Of a stretch of DNA of 64,000 nt, positions 56,073 through 64,000 are shown piece by piece; the first letter of the stretch is position 1; each line of letters begins with the position of its first letter. The notes under the pieces were generated by a model, which was not told the DNA's origin, did not search any database, and saw nothing but the letters and a program-made list of their open reading frames with translations. Both the position numbers and the translations under genes were made by a program. Origin of the DNA: Trichosphaerium sp. ATCC 40318 (Eukaryota > Protista > Tubulinea); the NCBI GenBank assembly GCA_038496445.1, contig JALMLS010000423.1:186001-250000 (forward strand). The letters are read 5' to 3'.

Positions 56073-59000
56073 TTACAGATTTTCTGGTATATTTAAATTA
56101 CCAGTACTGTTTCTAAGATTAACAGTATTTTTAATCTTAGCTATTGCTCTGTTCAATGTCTTCCTCTTTCCTGTAGTCAAAGAGAATCCTTTACTCTCCC
56201 ATCTATCCAAGTCCGCTAGAGGGAAAAAATTAAGTCAGGCGAAAACAACAGAAAAGAAAAAAAAGAAGAAAAAAAACTTCTCACGCAAGGTCAAGACAAC
56301 CAAACCTGCTGATAAAATTGAGCCAACCATTATGCCTCATAACTTGTCATGTTGAAAAAACAAAATTCAACTGAACTGCACAAGGTAGGCGCCTTGACGT
56401 TCAAAAAAGTTTTTTTTTTTCAAAGCTTCGACAACGTACTTTCATCCAAGTCTACCAATGTCTCTCCTTTTATCTCTTCCTTGGCGAATAACTCTATTAA
56501 ATTATCCAAACCAATTAACTTGAGCCAAACAGCAACATCCTGAATATTCCAATCTAAGAAAGGCTTGTCTTGAAGCATCTCAAGAATCTTGACATTAGTC
56601 ACAAGACAGTCCTTAAGTATAATAGAATTAGGTCTTCCTCTTTGCTTCTCTAATAACTCTAAAGAGTCATCATTGAATCCTAACTCAGACTTGGAGCTAT
56701 CATTAGAGCTCATAGCTTCTTGAATACTATCTGGAAGGTTCTTAGCTTCTTGTGGATTCGTTCTTGACCGTAGAATATTAACAACTTGATACATAGGTGG
56801 TCTATTATCTGGTTCGCCATCCCAGCATTGAGTCATAAGGTCTATATAAAAATCTGGAGTATCTAAAATAACTATAAGTATGGTAGTTGGAAATTAAACA
56901 AGCAAGGCTAGGCGAAAGGCCAATTCAAAATTGTTTGAATTTTTTGTTTCAAATAATTTGACGTGCCTGGTATGCTAATAGGCTCTGGTCGATTACCACG
57001 TGCAACATGTAACTGTAAGGTTACAATACGTAGTCCTTGACCTTGGAATGGCACCTTCTCATGTAAAAGTTCCCACCTAGAATAGAGATTAATAACGAAA
57101 CAAACCGAACTCATCAATAAAACCAAAAAAAACTACGTACATCAGAACGCCGAAAGAATAAACGTCCGAGCTTTCTTTAAATTTCCCTTCTAATGATATC
57201 TCCGGCGCTAAAATAACATATTAGTATTATAGAAGGACATATATTTTATAAACGCACCCATATAAGCAGGAGTACCGCACATTGTTTTTGTTTTCATAGG
57301 GTCATCTTTTTTAATTGTATTATCTGTAATTGTGGAAATTCCAAAATCACAAAGTTTAGGCTGCCAATTAGCATCAAGAAGAATATTTTGACTCTTAATA
57401 TCCCGATGAATACCTAATCACAAAACTTAAAAACACTTCACAGGGAAAATACGCATAAACGACCACAAGAACGAAAACAATTTCAACAACAAAAAATAAA
57501 AAAAAAGCAAAGAAAAAAAAAACATACATATTGGCTTATCCTCATGCAAATGCCGTATTGCTTCACTAACCTATATAATGTATTAACTTAAAGGACAATT
57601 TTACCGTTGAAATCAAAAGATTAAAACCACGCAATGCACCTTTTCTAGTATGTCAATTTTCTCATTAAATGAAAATACTTTTTTTTTGTTTTTCTCTTTC
57701 TTTGACTTATCATGAAGCCAATCATACAGACTTCCTCTTGGCATGTACTCCACCAAAAGACAAAAGAATCCATCAGGTGTCATACACGTTCCAAATATAC
57801 AAATTATATGAGGATGTCTCTTCTTCCTTAAGAGAAAATCAGAATACGCGAAATAAAAACAAATCCTGAATCAAAACAAAAATTCTAAGTTTTACACGAA
57901 GTAACATCCAGTATTTCTTTAATCTACTTTTTAATTCTTGTAAAAAATAGACAAGGTACCTGAATACTTCAAGTTCGTTCTCTATTTCAAGGTTGACAAC
58001 ATCTTGGTTCAAATCTCGAAAGATTTTTAGGGCAATATCTAACCCTCTATAATTAACCTTAAATACATCCGCTGAACCTCCTTGTGGCGTAGTGAGTATA
58101 AAAAAATACAAAAAAAAACAACAAAAAAGAATAAAACGTAAAATACCTCTTCCGACAGGCACTTTGGGTTGATCAAATATCAAATCAGCATAACTTAACG
58201 TTCCAAACGCTGGATGACAAGCTTGTAGGTTATTCTTAACTTGCTCAAACCTCTCTTCTGTCTTAGAATTACCTATTTCACGTCAGTTCCCAATCCAACC
58301 GAAAAAAACCCCAAAACACCAAAAATAGACACAAACGTACCAAGATGTTTAACCATTCTATAATCAGAGGGATTACCATAAATCCATTCCTCATCTCCAA
58401 GTTTTGCAATAGCTAACTTTAGTATTAGTACAGTAAACTTACAACCCAAAATAGGAAAATATAATTTTTTTTTCGACTTTTTTTGGAATGAGAATACAAA
58501 ATTCTACTACCAGTTGTACAAATCAACTCATAGCAAACTTATGTTGTTCAATGTATTAAGATGATTATTAACGTACCTCTAGGTGGCCTTGGACTAACTA
58601 TAACACAAGGATCTTGTGTTGGTTTTGCAAACTTTATACGCTTAGTATTAGATGAATTCGCCCAACGATACATTATAGACTTAATCAACGTTGTAAATAC
58701 TTGTGGTACGCCTTGCCGCGTCTTAGCACTACATTCTGTGTACCCAACAGCGTTTATTTGGTTCACTAGTTCAATTGCCTATTATCCATAAGAGGAACCA
58801 AAAAAAACAGTTCGAAACAGGACAATGGAAGTTGCAAATACCGTTTTTAGCGAAACAGTCAGCAAAAATAAAAAAAAAAATAAAACCGCGTACTGTTTCC
58901 TTTGTAACTAACTGTAATGGCCTAAATGTTAAATGTTACGCATGTACGTGTATGTAATGATGAATATAAATAAGAATAAAGCGGGTTATTTTCTGGCAAA

Positions 59001-59855
59001 ATAATCAAGTGAAAAAAACAAAAATAGGCATCTATGACGACATCAGCTTCCAGCCGAAAGCGAAAATGTGACATAAACGAACTTTTTTTTTTTGTAGACT
59101 TGGTTCAAACAGTACAAGAAGTGCTTCATAGCAAGCGCTGACGTACCTAGAAGGGTTCCTCAAATCTTGCTTGCAACCGACCAATAGTATAGGTACATCA
59201 GGCGCCACCCTTGCGAGCTTTTTATGCCACTTGAACGCGTAAGAGCAACACAGAGGAAAAAAGTCGAGTGTTGGTATTATAAAATAAAACAAGCGGCCTT
59301 ACCTCGTTTCTTATGTCTTGAATCGTATGTGGTACACCAATGGAGAAACAAAGCAAAAACGCATCGGCACCTTTAATGATTGTCGGCCAGTTTTTAGATA
59401 TCTTTGCTCCTGAGGTATTGTAAGAACGCATACGCGGTGTAAAATCGAATAAGTACCGCCTATTTCGTATATTTCAAACTCAACGCTTTCTGGTGATAGT
59501 ACAGGTCCAGAGATCCTATCTAGGCGACCAATGTAACAATCGAGCTTTGTTGGTTGGTATCTAAGTATAAATGTTTGAAGAGTCGCAAATATCTCCAATA
59601 GACATTTCAAGCGCGTACGTTCTCTCAATGGCGCTTAGCCAGTTTGCATTTAGAAGTGACGTTTTTCCAGCGGCCAAGTATCCCACTACGACGATTTTGA
59701 GCTTGGTCACCCTTACATGACTATCGTCGCTACTGTGAACAATATTAGATTAAAAAAAAAATAATCGTTTGCAGGCATCTGTAGAATAGCGAGTATACGA
59801 TATATAAGTATTCGAGATGGCATGCAGCCAAGGTTTAAACCAAAACTTGCCTCAT
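56073..59855 (-). CDS. Rho-like GTPase + TKL protein kinase + SAM domain fusion
   Basis: GTPase: KIVVVGYLAAGKTSLL, YQPTKLDCY, LLVGCKQDLR, YTECSAKT. Kinase: GRG/GSADV, IALK, EYMPRGSL, HRDIKSQN, DFG, CGTPAYM/APE, DVYSFG. SAM: WNIQDVAVWL..FAKEEIKGETLVDL. Confidence 0.88.
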
Positions 59856-61016
59856 TGAGATTGCTTGGCATACGTCACGATCAAATGTTGTGTGCTTATT
59901 GTTCACTGACTACTCCGTGTGTTGGCTGTCTTTATAGTGCCCTTGGTTAAGTCTTGACTTGTTACTATTACAATTTTTCCCAATTCGAACGAATGGAGCA
60001 AACATGGGAGAATCTAAACTACCAAGATCTCACAACGTGTTGTGTGCCGAAATAGCTCGCCGCAAAAATTGTTTGTTCAATCTTTTAATATAAATACACT
60101 ATGGCGCACAGGTTGGTCACTTTATAGCTTCTGATTATTAGTTTCGCTCTGTGAACTAAAATTGCATTGTCTCGCTAAAACAGCGTTTTACGTTCCTCTT
60201 GCACTATCTGGCACTTGTAATTACTCTCCCACGCTCGAACGTACCTTTGGATGTTATTACACAGCAGTGTTTCGAGTTCATGGCGATCGCCTTTCAGGTG
60301 ATATCAATTGGAAGATGAGGTAGCCAATACTACTGGTAATTGTTATTACATCACGTGCTCGTTATTGACAAGCTTTGCAACAGGTTTGGCAGAAGATCAA
60401 AGTGCAAGTAGAACAGTTCTGTCAGATTTTGTAAAGTTTTGTTATTTCTTGCAAGAACCGACAGCTTTGACAACAGCCAGTTCATCACTTTCTTAACTCA
60501 TGACAACGTACCGTCTTCCCGTCCTTATGTACATTAAGGCAAGACGAAAAGTAATGTCAAGAAGTTGCAAGATCTGTCAGACGAAAATGTGTTAACTGCT
60601 TGCCAAGTCCGCAATGTTATTGTATCGTGTGCACCAACAAGCTTCCAAATTTATCCGCTGTGGATGACTTTATCTATGATGTTAACAGCAAGCTCAAACG
60701 GGTATCGTGTGCATTGATAGACGTTCGCGGTAACGTGAACATCCATTTTCGTAAACTCAATTTAACCGGAGAAGGTTCGCTATGAACCTGTTAATTCATA
60801 TACATCATGTTGAGAACTGATTGTACCCACAGCGATAATATCAAATCATTAAAGATGATACCATCTGTTTCACGTGTCACTGAAAATTCAGATTGCTGTC
60901 AAACTATTTACGTAAATCCAGGTCAGTAGCATTTTGTAAATTTATTTCAGTAAATGATAAGAAATCTCTGTATCATTTTCGCATCTTTATTCACGTTTTG
61001 AAGACCACATACTTTG

Positions 61017-64000
61017 ATGCTACTGAAACGCACCTTCCGTAAGTAATTTGTACATACTTTCCTTCCATCAATATCCAGAAGGAAAGCAGCACTGTACAAA
61101 ATCGGTACTTTACAAAACTAAATATTTAATAGCTATATACGCTCTCATATTATTATCAAGCGTTGGAGTAACTTTTAGTGCGATATCCCAAGACACAGCA
61201 ATAAAAAATGCTGTTTTGTATCACGTTGATGCCACCAAGGTAACTCAAAAAGCAAGGTAGTATCACGTTTTATATTAATTAATGCGTAGACCGTTCGCTT
61301 TGGTGCTTTTGGGTTTCAGTATACCATTGACTCTTTAGTTGGTGTCACACTGTCTAACGTTCAGTTTTTGGACATAAATAGCGGCAATGGCCAGTACCTA
61401 TACGAAAAATACGATCGTAATGAGGTACACTTTTTAATTGGAACCTAAAAACTCACACCTTTAGAACAACATAATACAAACAATGAATTGTGGTGGAACG
61501 TGCCAATCACGTGATCTTAAAACAAATGTATTACTCGATACCTTCCGATGGCCTTATGCACCTCCATATACTCGTTTTGTATCTGATGGAACGGTTTTCA
61601 TTGACCACAGGCACAACACAGATCCGCCGTCACATCAAAGAGTTAGCGTGTACGTTTCAACCAAAGAGTATAACTTCAATTAACACTTTTTGGATTTAGG
61701 TCTAAGTATCTTACAAATGGCACTTTCGATCATCTTTATGGTACTTTTCTAGGTATCAAAGAGTTGTATGCCACACCTAATGAACTCTTACGGTACAAAC
61801 CAATTCACGTGACTTTTAAAAATGGGTAATTGCTCTTAGGGTTGTTTACCTTGATGGAACTATCGTAGACTTCAATGGTGATTATGTCGATGCTGCATTT
61901 TTCTATCAACAGCCAGATAATTGTACTGATATGCCTTGTGTGGATACAACAGATCTCGTATTTGGTATTTTTATACTTGACATTGTCTTTTATCCTAACG
62001 TCGTGCAACTGGTTCAGTAATTCTATGTAGTTATTGATGCTTCTGAAGCTGCTTTGGGTAATACAGATTGTCTTATTGGAGGTACTTGACTCCTATTTCC
62101 TTCCGAGTATTTCTATTTGGTTTAATTTCAAAAGGTCAACCATGTCTAACGTCTGTAAACGGTTTTTTTGGAGAATACAACAGAACTTCTTTTGAAGAAT
62201 GTTGTGAATTTTATAATTGGGATACATACTTTACTTTCATAAGAAACGAAATTGCAGGATTAAAGTTTGGAGAGTATGGTTTTCGTACTGGCATTGTTCT
62301 TTATCGTGATCAAGGTCATGTATCTCTACCTCTTGGAAGCTACACAAAACAACATTTCTTGAATGAAATGGACAAAATTTATAGGCTTAATATTCCTGCT
62401 GGGTGTTCAAACGTTTCTTCAGGTAGTAGAAAATAGTTAAAATCTTGACACCGTGCGTTTTAATTGTTTTTTTATCAGGTCTTGATGTTGCACGTGACCT
62501 TTTTAAACAACACGGGCGAACAGATAGAAACAATAAAAAGATTGTAATCAATCAATACGGCAGTGATGTAAAGTGCGATGGTATTTCTGCGTCAATGATG
62601 GCATCAGACATGAGAAACGATGTGCGGACTATTTTTTTTCCAAATTAATTGCCTGATAAAACAAACAGGGATTCACAATCCTATCGATCGAGATTGGTAC
62701 TGGATCTACAAGTCTTGGACAAAACACAACATTTGTAGAAAATGTTGATAGACTAGCAGATGTCCTTGATACGTTTTCAAGTGGAATTTGCTCAAACGAA
62801 GGTAATACAAGATTATTAGATTTCCTCTTGAAATGTGCTTACTTTTTTGTTTCAGTTTCGAATCCATGTGGATCTTCATGCAATGGTATCTGTGATTGTG
62901 ACCTTGCATGTACTTGTACAAAAACAATATGTGATGATGCAAATCGTTGTACATACGATATATGCGAAGGACCTCACAAGGGATGTACATTTAATCCATT
63001 ACCAATTTTGCCAAATACTGAACCTTCTATTTTCTGTAAGCTCACTATATCACTCCTTTCTTCTCTTGAATTAATATTCGAATCTTAAGGTGGCAATGAA
63101 GAGTACTGTAATCCTAATTCTACGGCTCACAGGGCCGAAACACATATTGCGGCTCTTCCTTATGTATCTAATTACATTGAAACAGATTGTATTGCCCATA
63201 CACCTATGGAATGTGACCCTTCATGTGAATCTGCAGATGTATGCACTACTAGTTGGTGTGATATTACGACAGGACAATGTGTAACTGAGAAAAGAGAACC
63301 AGGTTAATCAATATCTACTTTTTTTTGAACATCCTATTAACACATCATAGGTGCATTGAGCTTTGGTTGCCTAGAACACGACCCACAAAATTTATATTAT
63401 TGTGAGCCATCTACATTTCCACTAGGAACCTTCAAGGGATGTGCATCGAAGCTTCTCAATGATGTACGTCAACATAACTCTCACTCAAATCAAACTGAAC
63501 TTGACTAAACAATCTTCAACACCCGCACTTATTTTTTGATTGTAGATATGTTCCGAAAACGTTCCTGAATGTTCTATTTATGCTGAAGATCTTGAAAGTT
63601 GGCATCTAGTTCCTTTCAGTATCCCTGAAGCTCCAGGACAAACTTTTATGAATCCAGAATGTCTTTATGAACCATTACCAGCTTGTTATCAAATCGTTGC
63701 TCCAAAACCAGCACCAACAGCTCCACCAACAATACCACCAATACCACCACCAACAAATACAACAAGCACCTTAGATGAGCCTTCTGGTAACTCAAACCGT
63801 ATGTTAAACGGCCAGTTTTAACAAATTCTTGTCATCTCTTCTCATCACTTCTTAGTGTCATGGATATTACCAATAGTGGTTGTAGCTTTTTTGCTTATTG
63901 CAATTTGTGTTGGAATATTCTTATGGTATTGGTGTTCAAGGAAGGAATCTTTAGTACGAAATGAAGACTCTATTGATATGGGTAACCATCCAAACGGAAC
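61017..64000 (+). CDS. Type I membrane protein with a vWA domain and Cys-rich (Dictyostelium-type CDDxNxCTxDxC) repeats; 3' end outside window
   Basis: Signal peptide MLLKRTFP/IYALILLSSVG. vWA segments YVVIDAS..RTGIVLY..LDVARDLF..KKIVI. Repeats CDDANRCTYDIC and CESADVCTTSWC. Pro/Thr stalk and TM WILPIVVVAFLLIAICVGIFLWYW. Confidence 0.8.

Noticed and set aside
60101-60900. Possible gene with Cys-rich segments
   Set aside because: I could not build a stop-free spliced model; it may be a degraded gene or UTR.

Overview
AT-rich, gene-dense eukaryotic DNA with many short spliceosomal introns (mostly ~40-100 nt, donors GTAYGT-like). Gene content suggests a free-living protist, possibly amoebozoan (inference). 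Because genes are split by introns, the ORF track shows fragments; the gene models below were assembled by hand across GT/GC-AG junctions. Housekeeping genes: PRP8, AP-1 sigma, FIP1, an ABCG half-transporter, a DRAM/Frag1-family membrane protein, a fucosyltransferase-like enzyme and a probable TAF1B/Rrn7. Several unusual fusions occur, most with degenerate catalytic motifs: pseudokinase-DENN, propeller-RasGAP-like-redoxin, F-box-pseudoGTPase, Rho-TKL kinase-SAM and F-box-SNF2-SAP. A non-LTR retrotransposon with a 17-bp TSD, poly(A) tail and an atypical hydrophobic ORF1 is cleanly interrupted by a 929-bp TIR element. F-box/LRR pseudogenes and small secreted Cys-rich proteins are also present. 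The main window-wide signals are: (i) the longer introns examined fold back into nested stems or multi-branch junctions, which may shorten their effective length; (ii) CACGTG is strongly enriched, often inside introns; (iii) one U12-type intron and five GC-AG introns.
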